64,000 bases of DNA from a virus (lineage: Duplodnaviria; Caudoviricetes): positions 96,001 through 160,000 of IMG/VR virus record IMGVR_UViG_3300033075_000428; one strand, written 5' to 3'. The position numbers and the translations under genes are program-made. Positions 7,792 to 15,196 of this stretch are shown piece after piece. Below the pieces are notes generated by a model. It had not been told where the DNA came from and did no database searches. It saw only the letters and a list, made by a program, of their open reading frames with translations. The stretch's first letter is position 1. Every line of letters begins with the position of its first letter.

Positions 7792-8928
7792 TTAATCAAT
7801 GTTATTGTTGACAACCCATAGGACGGTTACTATTGAAACTACTAAGGATAAGAAAAATGCGAGCACTACGAAGCCAGTAGTTGGTTCTACTTCCAAGTAA
7901 GAGAACTCAACAAACTCTCTCCGCTTGAACTGTCGATTGATTTGTTTGTCACTATAGCTGATGAAATCATAAAGGTTCAAACAGTCCTTCCCATTGTCAA
8001 GAAGGTAGTTGCGCAAATCTATCTTCAACCGTTCTGACTTTGACCACGAGAACACGTCTGCCCACTTCACCTTGTTGTAGTTGTTACTATCAACACCGAT
8101 ACAAACGACTAGCTCATTCTTGTTCCCACCCTGCCAATACGACTGTTGATACAACGCGGCTTCTGGAGGAACATTTGCGAAGTAGAGTATGAACATCCTG
8201 CATTGCTTCGAAGGTCCAATTCTACCATTCAAACGACGAAGTTGCCAGTCTGAGTAGTTGAAATAGGGATTGTTCTTCGGTGCACCAAGAATCGTTGGTT
8301 GTTGCCAGTTCTTCTGAATCTCAGGATAGTCGAACAGGTGATAACGCTTTATCTCATTGTCACCAACACGCTCAAAGTGAAGTATCGACTGGTCAGCTGG
8401 CTTGATGTAGTTGGTGTAACTCTCGCTAAACGCTAACGGGTAAGAGCGTTCATTGACACCGTCCCAACGTGTGAGATACATGTTACCATCTTGTAGATAG
8501 TAATCTCTGTCCATGTCAACAAAGTGTTGATTATTGAACAGAGAGACAAGAGTACTGTAGAGTTGTTTCGAGCAAGAAAGGGTGGTTCCCTGAGTAGTTT
8601 CAATCTCCCAATGCTCTGGGTGATTCTGACGGTAAGAACAGTCATAGTAAACAGTGTGTGCTGTCTTACCAGAACCAACTGTCTTTGAGCACATCTTACT
8701 TATCCATTCATCCCACTCTTCATAGTACCTTGCTTCTTTCACGAGAGAACCTTTGTACTCAACGTCATTCCTCATGCTGTTGGAAGCACAGGATTTGAAC
8801 CCAAAGATTACAACCAAGCAGACAGCAAACGGGAAGAAGTATTCCCACAATGCTGTCTGCTTTGGAAACCATCGCCACAGTATGAATACTGCAATGAGTG
8901 GGAGTATTAGGCTGAAGTAGATAGACAT
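7792..8928 (-). CDS. membrane protein with large extracytoplasmic domain
   Basis: two N-terminal and one C-terminal TM segment; WQGGNKNELVV motif; typically paired with LemA-like neighbour in phages. Confidence 0.7.
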   Translation of the reverse strand: MSIYFSLILPLIAVFILWRWFPKQTALWEYFFPFAVCLVVIFGFKSCASNSMRNDVEYKGSLVKEARYYEEWDEWISKMCSKTVGSGKTAHTVYYDCSYRQNHPEHWEIETTQGTTLSCSKQLYSTLVSLFNNQHFVDMDRDYYLQDGNMYLTRWDGVNERSYPLAFSESYTNYIKPADQSILHFERVGDNEIKRYHLFDYPEIQKNWQQPTILGAPKNNPYFNYSDWQLRRLNGRIGPSKQCRMFILYFANVPPEAALYQQSYWQGGNKNELVVCIGVDSNNYNKVKWADVFSWSKSERLKIDLRNYLLDNGKDCLNLYDFISYSDKQINRQFKRREFVEFSYLEVEPTTGFVVLAFFLSLVVSIVTVLWVVNNNID

Positions 8929-9464
8929 CAGAATACTTTGGTGTCGTTCTCTTGACGAGTACGATAAGTGTCCTCTGTCTTGGCTGATGTGATGACCTTG
9001 ATGTCAATCGGTGGTCTACCACCAACGAACAGCGAAGAGGGAAACTTCATCAACAAGTTCTTGTGCTCACGATTCAAATCAATCAGTGCCTGTTGCTCAA
9101 TGAAGAAGCCCTGACGCTCAGCTTCTATGGATGCTGAAAGGTCACGATACAGAGATACGTCGAAGTTGGGATTGCTTTCTTGAATCCACTTCATTAGCTG
9201 TCCACCACCGTCGTTGTATCTGGCTGACATGATGTCTTTGTAAATCTGCCCAAATGAGCTCTTGTACTGCTCACTCACTTGAGCCTTCTGAGAGATGATT
9301 TTCCACATCTTGTCATAGTACGCTTCACATGACTTCTGCTTCGCTTCGATTGTATTGCGAAGTGAAATCTCAGTGTTCGACGCTGAGAAGTAATTCGCAA
9401 CGATTATCAGCATAAAGAACACTGATACTGCTGCAATGGTGATGGCTGTTGTTTTCTTCATCAA
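8928..9464 (-). CDS. LemA-like membrane-anchored protein
   Basis: N-terminal TM; 'WIQESNPN', 'IEAER..F', 'FPS.LF' helical-bundle motifs. Confidence 0.65.
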   Translation of the reverse strand: MMKKTTAITIAAVSVFFMLIIVANYFSASNTEISLRNTIEAKQKSCEAYYDKMWKIISQKAQVSEQYKSSFGQIYKDIMSARYNDGGGQLMKWIQESNPNFDVSLYRDLSASIEAERQGFFIEQQALIDLNREHKNLLMKFPSSLFVGGRPPIDIKVITSAKTEDTYRTRQENDTKVF

Positions 9465-9541
9465 GTCCCTCTGTTAAAATATTCTGGGTCGAACCAGTGA
9501 TTACGAAGACCACATAGAACGACCCAGATTTTGTTCGTGAC

Positions 9542-9883
9542 TTACTCAGCCCAACGAGTTGGTTCAATCCGTTGGACTAAACTTACTGCAAGGCGAAAAG
9601 AGCTCATCTGTGTTTCCTCACAGAAGCATGCGGTAGCAGTGAGCTGATTGTCTAAGTCAGGCTCATTGAAGAACGCAACGCTATTGCCACTATCATGCAA
9701 TTGTGTCGTAGCCAGCATGAGCTTGTTTTCCGTCTTCACATCCAGAAAGACAATCGTCTCATTGTTCCACTCACGAAACTCTTCTGGAAATTTCAGAGCG
9801 TAACTTGCCAATGCGTGTGCTCCTTGAACATATCGATAATGATGCGGAAGGTCTCGACGAATCAAGACATACATCTTTTTCAT
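9542..9883 (-). CDS. peptidyl-tRNA hydrolase 2 (Pth2)-like
   Basis: KMYVLIRRDL, QGAHA, IVFL, EPDL...TATA; start at 9883 overlaps upstream stop (ATGA). Confidence 0.8.
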   Translation of the reverse strand: MKKMYVLIRRDLPHHYRYVQGAHALASYALKFPEEFREWNNETIVFLDVKTENKLMLATTQLHDSGNSVAFFNEPDLDNQLTATACFCEETQMSSFRLAVSLVQRIEPTRWAE

Positions 9884-10488
9884 TTCGATTCGTCTGCTGT
9901 GTTTTCCACCACAAGGTCTTCCCGACGAATGTTCGTATTGTGAGGAAATACGTAATTCGGGTGAGACAGGAGCCAATGCGCGAATGCTTCACCACGAGCT
10001 TCTTTCCACAACGCATCCTGTTCTTCTCGTGTTGGAACAACAATTGGAGTTGGGTCACCAAACTCAAGTGAGTCATGAATAGTTATGACAACTTTCCACT
10101 GTTGCGGGGTCAACCGATTTGTGAAGTTCGGTACTTCAACTTTGTGGTATGGTGTTCCACTACGAAGTGAATACGCCAAGTTGAAAATACGGAAAGCAGT
10201 ACAGCAGCTGTAATGCGCATTCTCGATAGCGAAGTACTCTCTGTTCATCTCACTATATGTACTGAGAGGAATAGGATTAGCAAGTGTACCGTCTTCCTTA
10301 GTGATTCCAGCAACTTGACGAAGTGCTTCGTACACTGAGTTGATTTCAAGAAGCTTGTCAAGCCTCTCTCCTGGAAGCTCAACAGATTCAAAATACATCT
10401 TCAATGCATTTTTCGTGTTGTTCTCTCTGTTCAATCGAATGAATCTCGTAAGGAACTTGATTACATTCTTTGCTTGTTCTCTCGTCAT
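9880..10488 (-). CDS. hypothetical protein coupled to Pth2
   Basis: 202-aa ORF; R..NLAYSLRSG.PY.KVE motif; stop overlaps Pth2 start. Confidence 0.7.
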   Translation of the reverse strand: MTREQAKNVIKFLTRFIRLNRENNTKNALKMYFESVELPGERLDKLLEINSVYEALRQVAGITKEDGTLANPIPLSTYSEMNREYFAIENAHYSCCTAFRIFNLAYSLRSGTPYHKVEVPNFTNRLTPQQWKVVITIHDSLEFGDPTPIVVPTREEQDALWKEARGEAFAHWLLSHPNYVFPHNTNIRREDLVVENTADESK

Positions 10489-10515
10489 GATTGTACCCTT
10501 TGGGTGTGTTGAAAA

Positions 10516-10590
10516 TTAAACAGTTTCAAAGACATTACCAACATGCCCCAATGGAGGGTCACGAGTTGAGTTCTATGTGAAGAAGTTCAT
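10516..10590 (-). other. leader mini-ORF MNFFT(amber)NSTRDPPLGHVGNVFETV
   Basis: GAGGA RBS 4 nt before ATG at 10590; TAG at 10575-10573; frame open to TAA at 10518-10516. Confidence 0.5.
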
Positions 10591-10618
10591 GTGTTCCTCA
10601 TTGTGAAAATTGAACGTG

Positions 10619-10691
10619 TTCCCTGTGCTGGAATTGAACCAGCGCGGTCATGAATTTAGAGTTCACCGCTCTACCACTGAGCTAACAGGGA
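10619..10691 (-). tRNA. amber suppressor tRNA (anticodon CUA)
   Basis: cloverleaf: acceptor TCCCTGT/ACAGGGA, D arm GCTC-AGTGGTA-GAGC, anticodon arm GTGAA-CTCTAAA-TTCAT, T arm GCTGG-TTCAATT-CCAGC; CCA not encoded. Confidence 0.9.
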
Positions 10692-10695
10692 ATAT

Positions 10696-10734
10696 AAAAA
10701 GCCCAACGTGCTTCGTGGAAGAGAACGTTGGGCT
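10696..10734 (-). terminator. terminator/attenuator directly upstream of suppressor tRNA
   Basis: AGCCCAACGT/ACGTTGGGCT stem followed by U-tract, a few nt before tRNA 5' end. Confidence 0.65.
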
Positions 10735-10826
10735 CGCGATAAACAGAATTCTAATGTCTATCTAGGCATTCAAGGGGTCTGTCTGGGTCATGTTGATTGA
10801 TGGATTTGCGTGCATGAACATCGGGG

Positions 10827-11150
10827 TCAGCATTTTCGTTTAGCAGTCGAGGTGCTGACCTTGCTCTTTATAACGATCGTGTGCGTGAAATATGAGTACC
10901 GTGGGTCATCAGCACCAACAATCCACACAACGTCTGACAAGGAGTAGAGTTCTGAGATTTCTTCTTCTTCTGAAGGAATATCCCAAGGAGTATCCTTAAG
11001 ATAGGTCTTGACCCCTTCGACGATGTTAGCGACAATTTGTCGGTCGATAGAACCAGTGATGCGATTCTTCCGATATCGGACAACGCTGAGAGAGATAATT
11101 TCATCCATGGAGAAGAATCCTGAGCATATAGAAGAGCGCACCAAAAGCAA
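10827..11150 (-). CDS. hypothetical protein (likely start MDEIISL near 11108)
   Basis: ORF filling the space between terminators. Confidence 0.5.
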   Translation of the reverse strand: MLLVRSSICSGFFSMDEIISLSVVRYRKNRITGSIDRQIVANIVEGVKTYLKDTPWDIPSEEEEISELYSLSDVVWIVGADDPRYSYFTHTIVIKSKVSTSTAKRKC

Positions 11151-11224
11151 TGGCGAGTGTGATAACCTTTGCTACGGCAGAACCAACGTTTGGTTTAGTT
11201 GACATAGGTACAATGTTTGAGTTG

Positions 11225-11264
11225 AAAGAAAATCGTCAGCGTTAGAGTTACCCAACGCTGACGA
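11225..11264 (-). terminator. intrinsic terminator
   Basis: 11-bp stem TCGTCAGCGTT/AACGCTGACGA plus TTTTCTTTC. Confidence 0.75.
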
Positions 11265-11314
11265 AGGCATCTCCACCACTTGCATTTATGGGGATGCAAG
11301 AAACCTAAGAAACA

Positions 11315-11464
11315 GTCACAAGGTTGTCAGAGTAATCAAACGGGAATCCTACCGCAGACGTTATCGCTAACAGTCTTTTCCACTAACTTCCTCTGAGTAG
11401 CTGGGAACGAGTTACCGTAGTGGTTAGCTACTTGACCAAGAGGCAGGCCAACAGTCTTTGTGAC
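11315..11464 (-). ncRNA. putative structured RNA of unknown class
   Basis: closing stem GTCACAA/TTGTGAC; internal CCTCT/AGAGG and AGTAGCT/AGCTACT helices; begins 3 nt after tRNA-Lys. Confidence 0.35.
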
Positions 11465-11467
11465 AAG

Positions 11468-11540
11468 TACTCCCTACTGGGGTTGAACCAGTGACCCACG
11501 GCTTAAAAGACCGTTGCTCTACCAGCTGAGCTAAAGGAGT
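11468..11540 (-). tRNA. tRNA-Lys(UUU)
   Basis: cloverleaf; anticodon arm ACGGT-CTTTTAA-GCCGT. Confidence 0.92.
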
Positions 11541-11549
11541 ATATGTGAT

Positions 11550-11675
11550 TCATGAAAAGAACAACATCCAGACGAGAACAAACAACAAGGCAAACAGAGG
11601 TATTGAGAATAGAAGCACACCGTGAAGTGTAGCAGTACCAGTCACCTTATCCCCTGTAAATCCCTCATTCTGCAT
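11550..11675 (-). CDS. 41-aa single-TM peptide (below ORF-track cutoff)
   Basis: GAGG RBS; MQNEGFTGDKVTGTATLHGVLLFSIPLFALLFVLVWMLFFS. Confidence 0.55.
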   Translation of the reverse strand: MQNEGFTGDKVTGTATLHGVLLFSIPLFALLFVLVWMLFFS

Positions 11676-11701
11676 GTTTTCAATCCTCTATCTTAACTTA
11701 G

Positions 11702-11775
11702 TGGAGCCTGATGGGTTTGAACCATCGACCTGCCGATTATGAGTCGGATGCTCTAACCAGCTGAGCTAAGACTCC
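11702..11775 (-). tRNA. tRNA(CAU), probably Ile2 rather than Met
   Basis: cloverleaf; CGA-CTCATAA-TCG anticodon arm and overall body resemble tRNA-Ile2. Confidence 0.88.
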
Positions 11776-12206
11776 TTGTTCCAGTTTCCACCATAGTCTA
11801 CAATACGTAGCTTATTCGTGGAAGTAACACCGAATGAATCAATCTTCCCTTCAACAAGGGAGCTATTTGCAGAACAAACATACATTACAGTCTTGTCAAA
11901 TTCCACATGCCCTTGTGGTTCATTGAACGAGTGCTGACCTGCTAAAGATTTTACCTCAGGCTGAACGGAGAACAACCCTAGAGGAAATGTGAAGTACGTT
12001 GGATTAAGACGTGTTTCCAACGAGAATGGTGCGTCGAAAAACACGTCAGCTGTCTTGTCTCGATATTGCTTCCAAACCTTACGCTCTTGCAAGTTGCTTA
12101 GCAATCCAAGTAAGAAAAGCTTGGTGTTACTAAGTCTTGGGAATTTGAATGCTAAGCCAAAAGCAAATATGACAAAGCGATAGCTTCCTATAAGCATCTT
12201 GGGCAT
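11766..12206 (-). CDS. hypothetical, possible minimal kinase-like fold
   Basis: GS.R.V, AFKFP, N..E..VW, RIVDYG (DFG-like); stop overlaps tRNA 5' end. Confidence 0.5.
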   Translation of the reverse strand: MPKMLIGSYRFVIFAFGLAFKFPRLSNTKLFLLGLLSNLQERKVWKQYRDKTADVFFDAPFSLETRLNPTYFTFPLGLFSVQPEVKSLAGQHSFNEPQGHVEFDKTVMYVCSANSSLVEGKIDSFGVTSTNKLRIVDYGGNWNKES

Positions 12207-12211
12207 TCAAG

Positions 12212-12652
12212 TTAAGAAGAGCGAAGCTGAAGATAAAGCTCTGGGTTGGTGACATGAATCGAATGTGCCTCAGCGAATCCACGCTGGAATCTTTGGTCTA
12301 CTGGAGAGAAGTAGATTGCCTTGTCGTCTGCTGTGTATTCAGCAGGGAAGTAGAACACGCAACGCTCAATCGGCACAACAGAGTTGGTGTCTGTCGTGAT
12401 GTACCCGATACCGTGTTGTTTCGTCTGGTTGTTGTTAACAACGAGCAACCCAACAACAACGTGCTTTTCATTCTTCACATACGTCCCACCACTGCCACCT
12501 GGTTTAACAAACTCAGACTGGAATTCGATTGTGTCACCAAGGTCAAATTCAAGTGTTGGAAGTGGCTGTCCTTCACAAGTCAGACAATCTTGCTCGTTGG
12601 TATATTCTGCATGGCAGATTTCGCATTCCCAGACATGACGTTCAATTGGCAT
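12212..12652 (-). CDS. hypothetical protein with N-terminal zinc finger
   Basis: CEIC...CLTC. Confidence 0.6.
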   Translation of the reverse strand: MPIERHVWECEICHAEYTNEQDCLTCEGQPLPTLEFDLGDTIEFQSEFVKPGGSGGTYVKNEKHVVVGLLVVNNNQTKQHGIGYITTDTNSVVPIERCVFYFPAEYTADDKAIYFSPVDQRFQRGFAEAHSIHVTNPELYLQLRSS

Positions 12653-12654
12653 TG

Positions 12655-12966
12655 TTACACGTTGTAGAACTGTTGTACAAACGATTTATGGTATTCAAGG
12701 AATTCACGTTGTAAGAAGTGAATGGTCTCACTTCGGTCAACTCCTTCATCGAACAAGAACGATTTTGTTCCGTTATGAAATTCCTCGTAAGCAGAAGCTA
12801 GGAAGTACTCACGACGGCAGAGTCTTGGTTCAGCATGGTCAAGACAGATAAACCCAATCTTAACTCGTGTTCTCCCACCAAGAGTCTTGACGTTAACGAA
12901 AGCAAAGTAGTATTCAAACTCATCTACTTCATGTCGCTCCCACAATATCGCAAGTAATCCTCTCAT
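12655..12966 (-). CDS. hypothetical protein
   Basis: tightly packed 103-aa ORF. Confidence 0.55.
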   Translation of the reverse strand: MRGLLAILWERHEVDEFEYYFAFVNVKTLGGRTRVKIGFICLDHAEPRLCRREYFLASAYEEFHNGTKSFLFDEGVDRSETIHFLQREFLEYHKSFVQQFYNV

Positions 12967-12968
12967 GA

Positions 12969-13541
12969 TTACGAGGTGATTGTTGGGTTGAGAAGTTTGA
13001 TTTCATCACAGACGTTAAGCTCCAGTGCCTCTTGGGCAGTCAGCCAAACGTCAACCTTGGTTAAGAGCTTCTTCGAAATGACGTCTAGCGGAAGCTTCGT
13101 GGTCTTCTGATAGTGTTCTAACATCCGTCTGTGAGAATTGTCTACTTCAACACGGGAAGATATCAGGTCATGAAAGTTACCCGAAGGTGCCCAAGAGAAT
13201 GTATGCGACATAATGCTTGTGTTCGGTGTCAATACACGATGCTTTCCTTGGAGGAAAATCATGAATGCAGCTGAACAAATTTGACCCATGCCTATCGTAT
13301 GAACAGGGATTGCGCTACCTTCCATTGCGTCAATGATAGCGAATCCACAAGAAAGGTCACCACCAGGGGAATTGACCACGATGTGCAAAGTCTTATGCAT
13401 GTGCTTCTTGCCTTGTGTGAGATTCATCTCAAACAACCAAGAGACGCATTCCCTACAACTATCATCGTTGATTTCTCCCATAAGCATGAATACACCGCTA
13501 TCTTTCAATGAAGAATAGGAGGTTTCATCTGGTGTTGTCAT
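12969..13541 (-). CDS. clpP: ClpP-like ATP-dependent protease proteolytic subunit
   Basis: NSPGG, AIIDAM, catalytic Ser (CSAA), His (MSH), Asp (DVWLTAQEALELNVCDEI). Confidence 0.9.
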   Translation of the reverse strand: MTTPDETSYSSLKDSGVFMLMGEINDDSCRECVSWLFEMNLTQGKKHMHKTLHIVVNSPGGDLSCGFAIIDAMEGSAIPVHTIGMGQICSAAFMIFLQGKHRVLTPNTSIMSHTFSWAPSGNFHDLISSRVEVDNSHRRMLEHYQKTTKLPLDVISKKLLTKVDVWLTAQEALELNVCDEIKLLNPTITS

Positions 13542-13631
13542 GTAGAATGCTCCTGATTGTAAGCTTAGTCGTATGGTCTTGAAACCATTTACAAAGCGAC
13601 AATCAACACAGTAAACTTTTGCGTTGTACTG

Positions 13632-14171
13632 TTAGACGTTCGACGTTATCAAGTCTTTGAATTCGTCGAGTTCCCAAGGTTTTGGGACATCCTCTTGCAG
13701 GAAGTACTCGTGTGGCGAGAACTTGATATGTGCTACAGAGGTCTTTATGAACGCTACATATTCCTTACTAAAGGACTCTTCTTTCTCTTTTGTAGCGACT
13801 TCTTGTACCACTGTAGTGTGCACTCTACCGAACATGAACGCAAGCGCATACCAGATTTCCCATATGCTGATATTTGAGTTCTCAGGTAATGAGGACTGCT
13901 CGCTAATGAGACGTTGAAAAGCTTCGATTAAGCGTCGCGAGATGTTCAAACGTTCGTTGTAAAAGTCCAAGTCTTCTTGTGTCCAAGACTCTGGGTCTTT
14001 GTTCTGTGTAATGCTAGTTTGAACAAGCAATGCTGCATCCATTGCCTCTACGGAAGGTTTAAACTTACCAGCGAGCAACATCATGTTCTTCTGTAAGTCT
14101 TCAATCTGGCGCTGTAACTCACGCTTCCCTGGAGTGGCTTTCGTGTTCACCTTACTTGTTCTGCTGGACAT
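13632..14171 (-). CDS. hypothetical protein
   Basis: 179-aa ORF, AAGGA RBS. Confidence 0.65.
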   Translation of the reverse strand: MSSRTSKVNTKATPGKRELQRQIEDLQKNMMLLAGKFKPSVEAMDAALLVQTSITQNKDPESWTQEDLDFYNERLNISRRLIEAFQRLISEQSSLPENSNISIWEIWYALAFMFGRVHTTVVQEVATKEKEESFSKEYVAFIKTSVAHIKFSPHEYFLQEDVPKPWELDEFKDLITSNV

Positions 14172-14205
14172 TGTTGGTCTTTCCTTGTGTGATGTTTAGT
14201 CGTGA

Positions 14206-14691
14206 TTAGTCGTCATTCGTATCAAACTCATCGATAGACTTCCTCTGCTTTGCTATTTCAAGTAGCATTTCAGCAGAACGTTTCTCTCGAGAGAGTACTT
14301 GAATCTTGTCTTCAATGTCTCGAATTAGCTTTCGTAGTGTTTTCTCCGCTGTCATGGCCTCAACGTTGAGACCTTCAAGATGCGTCTGTATTTCAGATTC
14401 ATTATCCAACGGGAGCAATAGGTCATCTGTTATCACTGTACGCGGGTGACGTGGAGGGGAGTCACTATTATCAATCAACCCATCGGTAAACTGTTTTACT
14501 TCAGCGAAACGTTCTTCATTACGCGTTCTTTTGCGACTTGCTGCAATTGACTGTCTAGTCTTTACATCCAAAGTATTTATGCGATAACGCACAGCGTTAT
14601 ACGTTAGTCCTAGTTCTTCTGCTATTTCATATGCAGTCTTGCCTTGAGCCGCAAGTTTAACTATCTTTCCCAAGATTTGGTCAACAGCCAT
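14206..14691 (-). CDS. HTH DNA-binding protein with coiled coil
   Basis: GKTAYEIAEELGLTYNAVRYRI. Confidence 0.7.
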   Translation of the reverse strand: MAVDQILGKIVKLAAQGKTAYEIAEELGLTYNAVRYRINTLDVKTRQSIAASRKRTRNEERFAEVKQFTDGLIDNSDSPPRHPRTVITDDLLLPLDNESEIQTHLEGLNVEAMTAEKTLRKLIRDIEDKIQVLSREKRSAEMLLEIAKQRKSIDEFDTNDD

Positions 14692-14692
14692 G

Positions 14693-15196
14693 TTACTCTC
14701 TCATTCCACGAATATAGGAAAACAACTGCTCTTTTGTAATTGGAAGCGAACGTATGACGTCTCGAACAGTGGCGTGATGGTGTATCATCGCTTTCAACGG
14801 TATGGTGATTTCTTCACCGAGTTCCACCGAGGGTGATTCGACCAGCAATTTACAGTACTCAGTGACACGAACATATGACCTGTCAACTTGTTTTGAAATG
14901 TCACGAAGAGAGATGTTCGACTTGTACATGGAATAGATGTACAGTATCTCCAAACAAGTAATGTGTCTCTTACGAAGATACGTGAAAATCTTCTTCCAAG
15001 TCTCCTCTGGAAAGGCACGTTGTACCTGTTCTGGTAGGTCTTTGTAGTACTCAAAGTTGAAGTGTTCTAATACCTTCTTGACTTCAGAGAACGAGCCGTT
15101 GTTTACCAGTGCTCGACAACAGGAAACGAGGACTTCAATTTGTGGCGGTGTCCAAGACTTTTTTATGAACGTGACGTGTTTAACTGGTTGACTCAT
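14693..15196 (-). CDS. hypothetical, possible HTH
   Basis: SLRDISKQVDRSYVRV. Confidence 0.55.
   Translation of the reverse strand: MSQPVKHVTFIKKSWTPPQIEVLVSCCRALVNNGSFSEVKKVLEHFNFEYYKDLPEQVQRAFPEETWKKIFTYLRKRHITCLEILYIYSMYKSNISLRDISKQVDRSYVRVTEYCKLLVESPSVELGEEITIPLKAMIHHHATVRDVIRSLPITKEQLFSYIRGMRE

Noticed and set aside
9884-9976. 144-aa version of Pth2 starting at 9976
   Set aside because: Extension lies inside the upstream gene; ATG at 9883 gives an ATGA overlap and starts at the family motif
10619-10691. Pyrrolysine tRNA (same CUCUAAA loop)
   Set aside because: It has a canonical D loop with GG, a TTC T-loop and a 5-bp anticodon stem, unlike tRNA-Pyl; no pyl genes seen
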